63,933 bases of DNA, filler included, from Octopus bimaculoides (GCF_001194135.2; 5 parts of 4 records of this genome joined end to end with filler, not necessarily neighbours in it), one strand, 5' to 3'. Positions 24,147-37,599 are shown, counted from the first letter of the whole stretch. Notes: generated by a model not told the origin, from the letters alone. Translations and numbers: made by a program.

Positions 24147-25459
24147 AAACACTATATATTCCCATAGAAACATGCATATCAGACCCCAACTATTCGCAAG
24201 TCAATGTCAAACAGCTGTGGCAACGACCAACCTTTGTCGGGCGAAACATAGCTGCTTTTTCTACCCATCATCAAAATCGCACATAAGATAAAGGTCAGAC
24301 CAGACCAGTGACTTCTTGTCCTGAGAAGACTGTAAGCAACATGGGTCATGACCTATGCGATAACAACAACAACCACTTTGTGGAAAACATGACGTCATTA
24401 CATGAACGAGAGACAACAAACTGTAATAAGTGAAGAATATAAACACTTAAAGCACAGTTAACATAAAATTTCACTTATCACATTAGTAAACAAATACATA
24501 AGAGAACAATTACGATACGAATCGATAGAAAACCTTCCGACCTTAAGTTATACGGAATGGAGTGAGTAGTTATGGAACAACTAGCGGAAATCGAGAATTC
24601 TAACTTTTGGTCATTGATTATTCTACTAGATAGTGCTGCAGCAGCATATAGGAATAACAGAAATCAATCGTGACGGAAAGGGAAATATCTATGGAGAACT
24701 AATGGGCAACCTTCATTTCTAATATACTCAGGGTACACATTTCCATTTGTATCTATAATCATAAGTGCACTGGGCTATATAACAACATTCTTGCATAAAG
24801 GCCTAAAAAAGCAGAGGTTCCCGAAAAAGGGACAAAGTAAACTAATTCGCATTATCCAAATGCAATCGATTAGAGGTACATAGAAAATTAAAAAGGAAAA
24901 ATCCAGGGTTTTTCCACTTGGGGTTCCTAGGCTGAACACAGGAGCGCAATTACTTCTACATATGGAATATATACTTGCGTAGGAACACTTACAAGCAGTT
25001 ACAAAGCACACGCACTTGTGTATTAAAGAGACGTGCACACCTACTACACTAGTGCAAGTTCATTCACACGCACTCATGAATTTGCACATACCAACGAATT
25101 TAGATAACTACAAAGCCCAAAAGTTGTGGTTATTTAAAAGCTTTGCCACTTTGTAAATGCTCGCCACTCGGCCAAACTAAAATACTGCAGCTACTTGCAA
25201 CAACTCTGAGCTAACTTCCCCTCAAAATGGACCGTTCCATCTTAGCCAAAATATAGCAAGTCGCGAACTCATGACCTCGTGAGGCTGATTGTCGTGTTTC
25301 CTACCCAGTCTGTCACAGCTATGCCTTGCTATATCATATGTATGACGATACGGTTGCTAGAACTTGGACCGCAGGCTGAAGAGTTGGTTTGCTTATAAAT
25401 TTAGGTTTATTTTCGCATACACCTCCCCCACCACATATATATACACACACATATGTACA

Positions 25460-25501
<42 letters not shown>

Positions 25502-25601
25502 NNNNNNNNNNNNNNNNNNNNNNNNNNNNNNNNNNNNNNNNNNNNTTAATTAATTAANNNNNNNNNNNNNNNNNNNNNNNNNNNNNNNNNNNNNNNNNNN
25601 N
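25502..25601. other. Artificial contig linker N44-TTAATTAATTAA-N44
   Basis: Identical 100-nt construct at 25502, 56095, 58335 and 61841; the 12-mer is palindromic with stops in all six frames. Confidence 0.95.
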
Positions 25602-25639
<38 letters not shown>

Positions 25640-25997
25640 GGACAGACAGATAGAGAGAGAGACAGAGATAGAGAGATTGAGAGAGACGGGGAGAGCGGGA
25701 GAGAGACGGGGAGAGCGGGAGAGAGACGGAGATATGTAAATGCTTGCAGTAAGAAGGAAGGAAATTGAAAGAATGCACAATAAAGAACGAAGAGGGATAA
25801 GATTCTATGGCTCTGGGGTACAACTTCGAAAGAGATACCATGTAAATGTTGTTGGTATATGCATACATATATGCATGATCACTTACAAACATGTGTAGAT
25901 ACATACGTGCACACACACGCGCGTGCACATGTGCGCATACACACACATACACGCACAAAATTACATACATGTATATATGTATGTATGTATATATATA

Positions 25998-26037
<40 letters not shown>

Positions 26038-26118
26038 GACGTACATATACGCATAGTTGCAAGTATATATATATATGCATATATACACATATACACATGC
26101 ATATATTCACATATATAA

Positions 26119-26156
<38 letters not shown>

Positions 26157-26218
26157 TATATTCCCATATATGAATATATTTAGAAAGATATCAATACGTA
26201 CATATAAAGATGCATATG

Positions 26219-26252
<34 letters not shown>

Positions 26253-26909
26253 AAAACATGAAATGAGCTGAAATAGAAGTCGAACCTTGCGGGGTAGATG
26301 TCCATTTAGCTTCATTTTCCCTTATTGTTTGAATACTATCTATGATTATAAATTAAGTGCTAACTCCATGCAATAGGCCGTTTTTTTGGCTTTCGTTTAT
26401 TTTGCCTAAAACCATTTAAGGAATAAAAATACTTATCTTATTTGCAACCTTTCAAGGAATGGAATGCTTATCTTCCGCATAATATAAAACAGAAGCCGGT
26501 GGGATTTACCAAGGCATTTTTAAAATCGATGTGAAATACATCATGTTGATGAGTTATAAATTTGAGGAATTCCTGTGACACTGATAATGTGATTGATTCG
26601 CTTCACCAACAAATAAGAAAAATGAGCCGATAGTAAAATATGGCAAGATGTACTACATAAGACAAGAAAATGCAGCATTTATTAAAATGGCTCGCAGCAA
26701 TGATAGTATGATGTCACATCTATGACTACTTAGGGATATGTAAAAGTATGCACGTATGTAGGTATATATGTATGAATGCATGTATGTACGTATATACGTG
26801 TATTCCTATAAGTGTGTGTAGCATACAGACATACATACAAATATATAGATGTAGATAGATATATACATATATGCTTATACATATATATAAATACATATAT
26901 AATTATGTA

Positions 26910-26942
<33 letters not shown>

Positions 26943-27519
26943 ATTAAAATACACACACAAACACACACACACATGTTTGTATTAAAATACAATTGCTGAT
27001 TGAAAATATATATAGGGAAGAAGCAATATGATTTATAAATTATTTTTCAATTGCAATTTTTCCTACATACATGCATGCAAACACAATCATATACATACAC
27101 AGGCACACATCTCTACAGGTAGATGCATACATGCATGCATGCAGACATACATATATGCATACATACACGCATACACATACATACACATGCATGCACACAC
27201 ATAACTGCATATTGCTGAAACTGAACTATTACATTATTCTAAGACATTGGAGATCTTATGTTAATTATTCGTAGAGTTTTGAAATTGCGTTAAACTGTTA
27301 ATATTTTACACTGAGAAAACTTTTTCCATTTCATCAACCTCGATTGATTTTTGTTGAATTCAACGAATTCTACCAGCTACACACTCACACACACACACAC
27401 ACGCATATACATAACGGACACACATACACGCACACACAGCCATGAGTGATGCGAACCATAATGTTGCTACTGCTCCTACAAATAATAGCCATTTCTTAGT
27501 GATAAAGCACTTCTTGAAC

Positions 27520-27765
<246 letters not shown>

Positions 27766-28334
27766 TCAGCTGCCGTGTGAAATTCGCAAGAGGAACATGA
27801 ACATCGACGTCGGATATCGTGAAAGATTTATTTGATTACGTTTATTTCAATTTATTTCCAATCCTCCTTCAGCATGACTAGATCTTTAAAAAAAACTGAA
27901 ACCGGCAGCATCCCTTAATAGAAATGGAAATATTTTCAGTTTTTATCCACGATGCAGTTTTCAGATTATTTTATTCGTTTTGTTCTTTTATATAAATTTA
28001 CTTGTGTAATACCTCTTAAACTTTTAATGTCGAAAAGAAAATACTAACAAGGACAGACACATCAATTTTAATTTCAAATGGAGAATTACTGAAGAAACTT
28101 AAGAAGCTAAGTACAAAACTAATGTTGATAATCAGCCAGAACATACAAATCATGTCATACTTGAGAAAATAATAAAGAAATGAACGTGGAAAATACAAAA
28201 TCTCGAATCAATGAAAATCTTGGGATATTATGCGAGATGACATAAACATTTTGTTTTAACAAATTTAAGTATGATCAACAAGACGACGGAGCACAGCATT
28301 CAAATTAAGAACAACACACTGAATAAAAAAAAAA

Positions 28335-28620
28335 ACCCTCATGCGAAAGTGTCGTCAGTCCAAAACATTGCTTTTTCAGAAAACGAAGAAATAGCTTGGT
28401 CATTCCGTTTCTTTTTACATATACAGCAGTGCAGTTTCAGCTTAACTCCATGCGTGTATATTTTCAGTCAGAAATATTTTTGCAAAACTTCGTATGTGGG
28501 GCTTACTATATTTTTGAAAAATTCTAAACCGTTTTACTACACTTTGATGATTTTCCTCTGAAGCAGCTGGAGATACGATAGTTTGACCAAACGAGCTGGC
28601 TATTGCATGCAAAATTTTTA
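28335..28620 (-). mobile_element. Second copy of the 17508-17906 MITE-like family
   Basis: Shared blocks such as GCAAAAATA(C/T)TTCTGACTGAAAATAT and CGTTTTCTGAAAAAGCAA on opposite strands. Confidence 0.75.
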
Positions 28621-28996
28621 ATTTCTGTAAGAGATGAAAGTAGTGACTGTACTGGCAAGTAATGTTTGTCGACATTTCATCGTGGCTGTTCTGTAAGACA
28701 TTACTGCGATTTCATAAACCCAGAAGGACATTTCCTCTGGTTTGTTAACGATGTAACCTGCATTCGATATATTGCAAGCAAGGGAGTGAACACCTACCAC
28801 CTTCTAGCGACAGGACCAGTAGACCAGCCTGGTTTTGGAGTATTTCTGCCCTTCCTCGGTGTTGGACACCTTGTCTCCTAGAGATGGCAGTAATTCGCTC
28901 AAGTTTGCCAAATACAGAATTTCTAGTGACATTCAATAACCGATCTTACAACAAGCAAAGCAGGTAGTTATAAAATCTCTGTAAGAGATGAAAGCA

Positions 28997-29056
<60 letters not shown>

Positions 29057-29190
29057 TATTATTGGTATCTAGAAGACCCAAGATGATAAGTAAGGCTATG
29101 TAATTGCTACGGGAGGACCGTAGTTAGACTCTTGGTTCGATAATAAGACGAATGAGGAGTATAATACGGGTCTTGTGTGAGCATGTATAT

Positions 29191-29284
29191 GTTAAATAAA
29201 CTGAGACAACAAAGCCAAGTCTGCGTGAAATTTATAGGACACACAACCTTGGCTTTGTTGTCCCGTTTTATATAACACGGCCAC
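29191..29284 (+). ncRNA. Candidate pri-miRNA hairpin
   Basis: 15-bp perfect core stem (29205-19 / 29248-62), extended upper and ~12-bp lower stem, UG at 29190-91, CCAC at 29281-84. No expression evidence. Confidence 0.4.
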
Positions 29285-29879
29285 ACCCACCCAAAACACA
29301 CACTCACACACAAATACATACAAGAAATAGCTTAACTGAATGCCAGTAATACTGCATCGCAACTTCGAGACAGAACCTATTGCAGAAAGATTATGAGAAA
29401 CAAAGATGACCAAGGGAAAAAAAAGGCAACAGAGAAAATAGGGATGAAACTGAACAATTAGAATTGATAACTCTAGCCAACGACAAAATATTTAGAACCA
29501 TTGGTTAAGAAATTCACATTGAAACCAATAAAAAATTCAGCGGGTGTGAATCTTGAAAGCATTTGAAAACTACGGACAGAGGAATGCGAAAAAGGAGAAC
29601 TGATATATTTCTTCAGTGAAGGTGAAAAAAAAAAAAAAAATTGACAGATCGGCACAAAATATCTTCAGAATGGCACTCTTGATAACACTTTCCTAAAGAA
29701 AAGAAAAAAACATCATATGCGGACGCAGTTGTACAACCGACACGAAAACTGAGCTGGACTCGTTCTAAACTATATGATAAAAGATCAACCTCAAGAACTG
29801 TTAATTTCTTTCAAACCGGAGACATGGTCACTTCACTAAAATGCGACAAAATAATAACTACTGAAACCGTTCACCAGGT

Positions 29880-30200
29880 TCTTGAACCTGTTTCACTACC
29901 TCGAGAAAGGTATCAGTAAGAGAATATCGAATCTATCCTCGAATAAATACATCTTCAACTCTGCGGTTCCCTATTACAATGACTCCTCGGCAGCTCGCGG
30001 GTTTGAAGACCGCATCTCCTATATATTGGGACCTAACACCCACAAAAGAGAGCGCCACCGTAAGATCATTTGGTTTGTTCCACAGTTCTCACTCAACTTC
30101 TAAACATGCATATGAAAGGTTAGTAGACAAGCTTTTCACGAAATCCCACAAGTAAGGGCAATTATTTAATAGACACAAGTCAAGGGTCTCGTTCATCTAC
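29880..30200 (+). pseudogene. Penelope-like element RT thumb/linker remnant
   Basis: ISKRISNLSSNKYIFNSAVPYYND..RHRKIIWFVPQFS, then QLFNRHKSRVSF after a stop/frameshift; resembles the PLE pattern ISNLSSN..PYYN..RKIIWFNPPFS..IFNRNTVKVSYS. Confidence 0.85.
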
Positions 30201-30688
30201 GCACTCAGTATAAAAAAAAATATTTTGGTGAACGCTACCCAGAGACAGAATACTCATGAAAATAATGAGTGTGCAGCGGGCGGTCGACGGAATTCTGAGG
30301 CCGAGAGGCAATCGACGGAACTCCAAGGCCGAGGTCTATGAGGCAGAGGTGGTGTCCAACACAAACACTAGCGACGATACCGGTAGCAACAGCAGTAACA
30401 ACAAGACCAACAACTTGCACGGAAGAATGTTGAAACAATGGGAGTGGGGGAGGGTTCAAGCTCAGAATAAATAAGCAGTTCATTTTAAGGATCTCAGTGA
30501 AGCGCAACGTTAGATTGTTGACCAAATACATTTAAAAGAAGGAACGCTATGCAGAATTAAATGGAAGCTCCTCGAACAGCCAAAGTCGTCATACCTAACG
30601 GAAGCAGACGGTGTAAACTTTGTTTGCCCGAGAGATACTTCAACAGACCTATTTAGGAACAGAATTGTAATATAATAGTTAATTTGGC

Positions 30689-30878
30689 ATGCCGGGCGAA
30701 AGGTTTAGCGGTATTTCGTCTGTCTTTACGTTGTGAATTCAAATTCCGCCGTGGTCGACTTTGCCTTTCATCCTTTCGGGGTCGATAAATTAAGTACAAG
30801 TTGCGTACTGGGGTCGATCTAATCGACTAGTCCCCCTCCCGAAAAATTTTGGGCCTTGTGCTTAGAGTAGAAAAGAAT
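30689..30878 (+). mobile_element. SINE family B
   Basis: Core plus tail GGGCCTTGTGCTTAGAGTAGAAAAGAAT. Confidence 0.9.
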
Positions 30879-31295
30879 ATAACATTTAATTTTAACAACC
30901 GTACCCGTCAACTTGATGAATGTTTATGGCAAAATTCCTACCCCTTTTAAACTATGAATGACAAATACAGACACAGGAGGTATATAGAACCAGATTTAGC
31001 AGATAATTACTCAGGCTCCGATAGACCTTCATGTGTAAATTAAAATAATTGCAATATAATTAAGATAAAAAAAAAAGAATTCACTATTCGAAGCAGTGTG
31101 ATCGTGCAGTATAGCTTTGAAAAGGACTGAATAGTGTAGAATCTCTGCAGAATCCTGGTCGATTAAATATGGGATCGATAAATATGTATGATTACTGTTT
31201 CGCAGAATTCTGAAGTGCCGCCCCACCCGAAATGTGCGTAAGCGAATTAAAAAATGTATAACTCTCCATTCTTTATGTTTTTCTCATATATATAT

Positions 31296-32970
31296 TTTCA
31301 TCTTTTTTTCATTTTATCTAGTTTCAGCTCATGAGCTGTGGCCATGCTGGGGCACCGCCATTTGGTGTTGCTACACAATTTTACTTCATGAATTTTACTT
31401 CAGGAATTGACATTTGGTGCATGAGAGAGTTTGATGCAGCTGCTCTCATCTGCGCCTCCTGCCGTGGAGTTGGTTCATCTGGGACACCTGACAGGAAGAG
31501 GTCCAGCCTTGTCTTGAAGACACCTACATCCACCGCATGCAGGTCTCTCAGGTCCTTCGGGAGGATATTGAAGAGCTGTGGACCTTTGAAGCCGAGGCTA
31601 TTGCAGTATCTTGTCCTACATCTTGATGGCAAATTTGGAGTCNNNNNNNNNNNNNNNNNNNNNNNNNNNNNNNNNNNNNNNNNNNNNNNNNNNNNNNNNN
31701 NNNNNNNNNNNNNNNNNNNNNNNNNNNNNNNNNNNNNNNNNNNNNNNNNNNNNNNNNNNNNNNNNNNNNNNNNNNNNNNNNNNNNNNNNNNNNNNNNNNN
31801 NNNNNNNNNNNNNNNNNNNNNNNNNNNNNNNNNNNNNNNNNNNNNNNNNNNNNNNNNNNNNNNNNNNNNNNNNNNNNNNNNNNNNNNNNNNNNNNNNNNN
31901 NNNNNNNNNNNNNNNNNNNNNNNNNNNNNNNNNNNNNNNNNNNNNNNNNNNNNNNNNNNNNNNNNNNNNNNNNNNNNNNNNNNNNNNNNNNNNNNNNNNN
32001 NNNNNNNNNNNNNNNNNNNNNNNNNNNNNNNNNNNNNNNNNNNNNNNNNNNNNNNNNNNNNNNNNNNNNNNNNNNNNNNNNNNNNNNNNNNNNNNNNNNN
32101 NNNNNNNNNNNNNNNNNNNNNNNNNNNNNNNNNNNNNNNNNNNNNNNNNNNNNNNNNNNNNNNNNNNNNNNNNNNNNNNNNNNNNNNNNNNNNNNNNNNN
32201 NNNNNNNNNNNNNNNNNNNNNNNNNNNNNNNNNNNNNNNNNNNNNNNNNNNNNNNNNNNNNNNNNNNNNNNNNNAAGGCTTGAAACTTTTCAGCATTAAA
32301 CTGCATGTTATTCTTTTCAGCCCACTTGTATATTTCATCCAGCTCACATTGCAGGTGCATAATGTCTTCAGGGTTCTGTATTACCTGTGAGACTTTTGTG
32401 TCATCTGCATAACTTGTGACCGTGGCTTTCTGTGTGGCTGAGGGCATGTCTGAGAGGGCCATTATGAACAGTAGTGGTCCCAAAACAGTGCCTTGCGGAA
32501 CCGCTCACTATTTGTGTATCATTGGAGGTGGCCCCATTCGCTACTACCACCTGACTTCTATCCTTCAGAAAGTCATGAAGCCATTCTCCCAATTTTCCAA
32601 CTATGCCGAGATCACGCAGTTTGTGACATATCATTCCATGATCGATTTTATCAAAGGCCTTTGCAAAGTCGAGATATATCACTTCCACATTTGAGTGGTT
32701 AAGTAGCTGTTTCAGCACCCAGTCATAGTGTTGTAAGAGCTGAGTCATGCTGCTTCTTCCTGGTCGGAAACCATGTTGGGTGTCAGGCAGCAAGTCATTT
32801 TCTTCAAGGAAGGCGATTAGTTTTCTTCTGACTATTCGTTCCATGACCTTGCTGATGTGTGAGGTGAGAGAGATAGGTGTGTAGTTCTTGGCTTCCGCTC
32901 TGCTACCTCCTTTATGAATAGGGCATATTTTCCCCTCCTTCAGTTTTCTTGGGAGTTTGCCAGATGCAAA
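31296..32970 (-). mobile_element. 5'-truncated CR1-group LINE (ORF2 RT and 3' UTR), one frameshift, central N gap
   Basis: PISLTSHISKVMERIV..QHGFRPGRS..VIYLDFAKAFDKIDH, frameshifted VPQGTVLGPLLF..YADDTK, C-terminus KTRLDLFLSGVPDEP, then a short 3' UTR. Confidence 0.95.
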
Positions 32971-32982
32971 TATATATATATA

Positions 32983-33153
32983 CCGGAGTAAGCACATATA
33001 TGTGCAACAAGGTGGAAAAAAGAGTACTCAAATACCAGAGGTAGAGTATTATGCTTTATTTAAAAGCAGCAGAAATATAACAAAAGACTGTTGCTCGGAG
33101 TTTCACGTTCCCGTTCATCGGACATGTTATATTTCTGCTGCTTTTAAATAAAG
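32983..33153 (-). mobile_element. Penelope-type pLTR element with inverted 5' segment and hammerhead motif
   Basis: Perfect 29-bp IR (33054-82 / 33125-53) encloses the hammerhead; (TA)n on both sides; same family as 16873-17001. Confidence 0.8.
33087..33125 (-). ncRNA. Minimal type I hammerhead motif (CCGAUGA core; this copy has U16.1>C)
   Basis: Minus strand: AUGU-CCGAUGA-ACG GGAA CGU-GAA-ACUC C GAGC-A-ACAGU. Confidence 0.65.
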
Positions 33154-33456
33154 TATATANNNNNNNNNNNNNNNNNNNNNNNNNNNNNNNNNNNNNNNNN
33201 NNNNNNNNNNNNNNNNNNNNNNNNNNNNNNNNNNNNNNNNNNNNNNNNNNNNNNNNNNNNNNNNNNNNNNNNNNNNNNNNNNNNNNNNNNNNNNNNNNNN
33301 NNNNNNNNNNNNNNNNNNNNNNNNNNNNNNNNNNNNNNNNNNNNNNNNNNNNNNNNNNNNNNNNNNNNNNNNNNNNNNNNNNNNNNNNNNNNNNNNNNNN
33401 NNNNNNNNNNNNNNNNNNNNNNNNNNNNNNNNNNNNNNNNNNNNNNNNNNNNNNNN

Positions 33457-33518
<62 letters not shown>

Positions 33519-33984
33519 TACAATCGAATGTATTTTTAAAGTAAGCCACACTATCTTCAGCTGCATGAGTTTCACGCTCTCTTTTCTTTTCATTACATTT
33601 TCTGTAACTCCTTCAAAATCCTTGCTTCTCTTTTTACCTTGTGCCTCTTTCACGGATTGTTTTCTGTTTCTCCTTATTTCTTTCTCTCCCTCTCTTCTCA
33701 AAACGCATATTAATTTTACTTAACCATTCTCTCTCACTCTGTCGCATATTTTAGATACCTCCTACTTCTGCTCTCTTTCTTTTCTTCGCTTTTGTTCTCT
33801 ATCTCTTTCTTTCTCTTGATTCCGCTACTTTCTGTTCTGAGTAAACCCTCGTATTCGGCAACATTGATGCGTTTATTCCATCACCATCTTTCATTGCCAT
33901 TTCTCCTATTATCTCCTGCCCCTCACCCTTCTTGGATTACACCCCCACTTCCTTCGCTTATCCACACGAATACATGGATAAACA

Positions 33985-34070
<86 letters not shown>

Positions 34071-35350
34071 TAATTACTTGAAGAATTACAAATACGTAGT
34101 CTCACACTCACACAATCACAAACAAAAACATAGACATGCATAATGAAACATGTACACTTACACATAATTTCTCGTTACTTGTTAGGAAACAAAATGAAGC
34201 CAGGTATTTGAGACAGCCATCAGATTTATGCCAAAGGTGGTTTTGCATTCATAATATAACAAAACATGTGTCATGTCCATAAAGGAGCTGAAATATTGAG
34301 GGCCAAAGGAAAGATCTATTCTAAGCCGTCTTAAAACAGATAAAGTTTAGCGCCTAAACTTCCTCGGCTTCTTTATCCCCTCTCAGCACATATCGAGAAA
34401 AACAAACTCTAGCGTTATATACATACATACATACATACATACATGCATGCATGCATGCATACATACATACATATATATATATNNNNNNNNNNNNNNNNNN
34501 NNNNNNNNNNNNNNNNNNNNNNNNNNNNNNNNNNNNNNNNNNNNNNNNNNNNNNNNNNNNNNNNNNNNNNNNNNNNNNNNNNNNNNNNNNNNNNNNNNNN
34601 NNNNNNNNNNNNNNNNNNNNNNNNNNNNNNNNNNNNNNNNNNNNNNNNNNNNNNNNNNNNNNNNNNNNNNNNNNNNNNNNNNNNNNNNNNNNNNNNNNNN
34701 NNNNNNNNNNNNNNNNNNNNNNNNNNNNNNNNNNNNNNNNNNNNNNNNNNNNNNNNNNNNNNNNNNNNNNNNNNNNNNNNNNNNNNNNNNNNNNNNNNNN
34801 NNNNNNNNNNNNNNNNNNNNNNNNNNNNNNNNNNNNNNNNNNNNNNNNNNNNNNNNNNNNNNNNNNNNNNNNNNNNNNNNNNNNNNNNNNNNNNNNNNNN
34901 NNNNNNNNNNNNNNNNNNNNNNNATATATGTATATACATATATACACACACAAACATAAGCGTATATTGAAACATAAAATATGCATTCATATATGTATAT
35001 GCAGACACACACTCACACACGCATTAGATAGGTGTGCATGTATGCGTCTGTATGCGTCTGTATGCGTCTGTATGCGTCTGTGTAACACATATAAAACATT
35101 TAAACATTAAAAAAAAACACATTTGAATATTACAACGATAATACCTGGCCAAAATTAAGGCAGGATTTATTTTGTTCTACGTGTGTTTATTTATTTGTTA
35201 TGTCTATTGGCGAGAATTACTTACGTACGTTATATATTTGCTGTTATTTGAAAACGATTCATACGTTTATATATATATACATACATACGTGCATACATAC
35301 ATATATATATATATGTGTGTGTGTGCGTATGTGTGTGCATGTGTGTGTGT

Positions 35351-35419
<69 letters not shown>

Positions 35420-35639
35420 TGGCTGTTCGACTATCTACTGTGCTGAAATATTTTCTAGTTCCTATTTCCTAATTTCTCGTCTCCTTATCAGACATTCTAA
35501 AATAATATATACGGTATATATTTACAGTTATTTTGAAACAGAATATATATTTATTTGGCACATAGTAAAAAAAAAAAAAATCATTTCGTAATGTTTATAG
35601 TATATTAATTTAAAATTTTCGTACAAAGACAGCATGTTC

Positions 35640-35822
35640 GGGGGAGGGAGTTATTCAATTATATCAACCCTAGTGCTCAACTGGTATATATTTAATCGAC
35701 CTCCGAAAGGATAAAAGGTAAAGTCGACCTCGGTGGAATTTGAACCCAGAACATAAAGACAACCAAATTACCGCTTAGTATTTTTGCCCGATGTGCTAAC
35801 GATTCTGCCAGCTCGCCACCTG
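35640..35822 (-). mobile_element. SINE family B
   Basis: AAAGTCGACCTCGGTGGAATTTGAACCCAGAAC..GATTCTGCCAGCTCGCCACC. Confidence 0.85.
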
Positions 35823-37599
35823 AAAGAAATTTACCTGAGTGGAACTGAACCCATAACTATATGATTGGGAGACAAATTTCTAATCACAGAGCCACGCCTG
35901 TTTGTTAAGTACACATTATAATATATTAACTATTATAAAACACTGAAAAACTTGACTTCCCTTCAACATTTATTATTTGGCGTCATAATTTTTGTCGCAC
36001 CGACTGCGACATGGTCATTGATGAGGTTGACACCAAATTATAAAATATTTAAGTGAAATTAATTGCTTTTGTGTAATTTTAAATGGATGATATGTACCTT
36101 TCATACTGTAATTGTTTTATTTTTTTAACATGCGATCTCAGATCAAATCACTTGCTTTGCAAGTACTCTTATGAAACATATTTTATATTATATTAGCAAA
36201 TGTACTGATAGCTATATTATAACGTATTACTGCTACTTTGATGACTGCGGTTGGGTAAAATGCAAAGCGACTCTCAATCGCATTGCGACATGGCAAACGT
36301 ACAAAATGGAAGACTTTACTGTATCTAGGTGGATGTTTTACTCGTCCAGTCATCTACATTATTCATTCTNNNNNNNNNNNNNNNNNNNNNNNNNNNNNNN
36401 NNNNNNNNNNNNNNNNNNNNNNNNNNNNNNNNNNNNNNNNNNNNNNNNNNNNNNNNNNNNNNNNNNNNNCTAACACCACGAACACCACCGGCAAAATAAT
36501 CTCATCTAAAGAAAAACAAAACAATTTTAAATATAGTGTTTTTCCATATATTCACGTTCGTTCACGTTCGTTTTCATTCTCTTATTCTTTCATGCTTACT
36601 CTCTGTTTTTCTCTATTTACTTCTTTTCTTCTCTTTTTGCAAGGAGCCGGTGTTTAATCAAAATGTCTGCTGCCTAAGAGAACTCCTGCTAGTCACTACA
36701 AATAATCATCAAATCAATTCAGAGAATATAAAAGTTAAAGAATGGGGTGTACTAGATACAACAACAACGATGACAAAAACAACTAAAACAACAACAACAA
36801 CAACAATAACAAGGACTGCATCAGCAACAACAACATGTAACAGCAGCAGCAACAACAACAATCATAAAGATGATGAAGTACGAAGCAAGACTGAATCAAT
36901 ATCCACACTATGAAGTCATATACATACACACACACGCACACACCTATATACTAGACACCAGTGAAATTAACAGACACAGAGCCACACATAGACATAGACA
37001 TATACACAACCATAAATACATGTGCACATATACACGACCCTAGATACTCATACACATACCTTATACACAAGCATTGATACGCATAGAGATGAATTAATTG
37101 CACACATATACATACTGGAATTCTTTCAGCAATAACAGGCTGTATACATACATATATGAAAAAAGACATCTATAAATATATTTAATCATACAGTCAGACA
37201 GAAAAACACAATCTCAGACACTCATTCTATGTATTTAAAATGTGTTTGTGTGTGTGTGTGTATGTGTTTGTGTCTGTGCGTGTATGTGTGTGCTTGTGTT
37301 TGCGTGTGCGTAAGTGTGTGAACGTGTGAGTGTGTGTTTGTGTGTGTGTGTGAGTGTGTGTGTGTGTGTGTGCGTGCGTGTGTCTGTGTGTGTGTATTCC
37401 TGCTTACCTGCACAAGAATACATACACTGCAGACACCTGCGGCACATAGAAATAATCTTGGTGATACAGTGAAATAAACCAATGTTGATAAAAATAAAAA
37501 GAATAAAAATAAAATGAATAACTATATAGAATAAATATTAACCCTGAAAGAAACATTCAACATCACTTATACTCTTTTCTCGAGCCATTGTGACTCATA

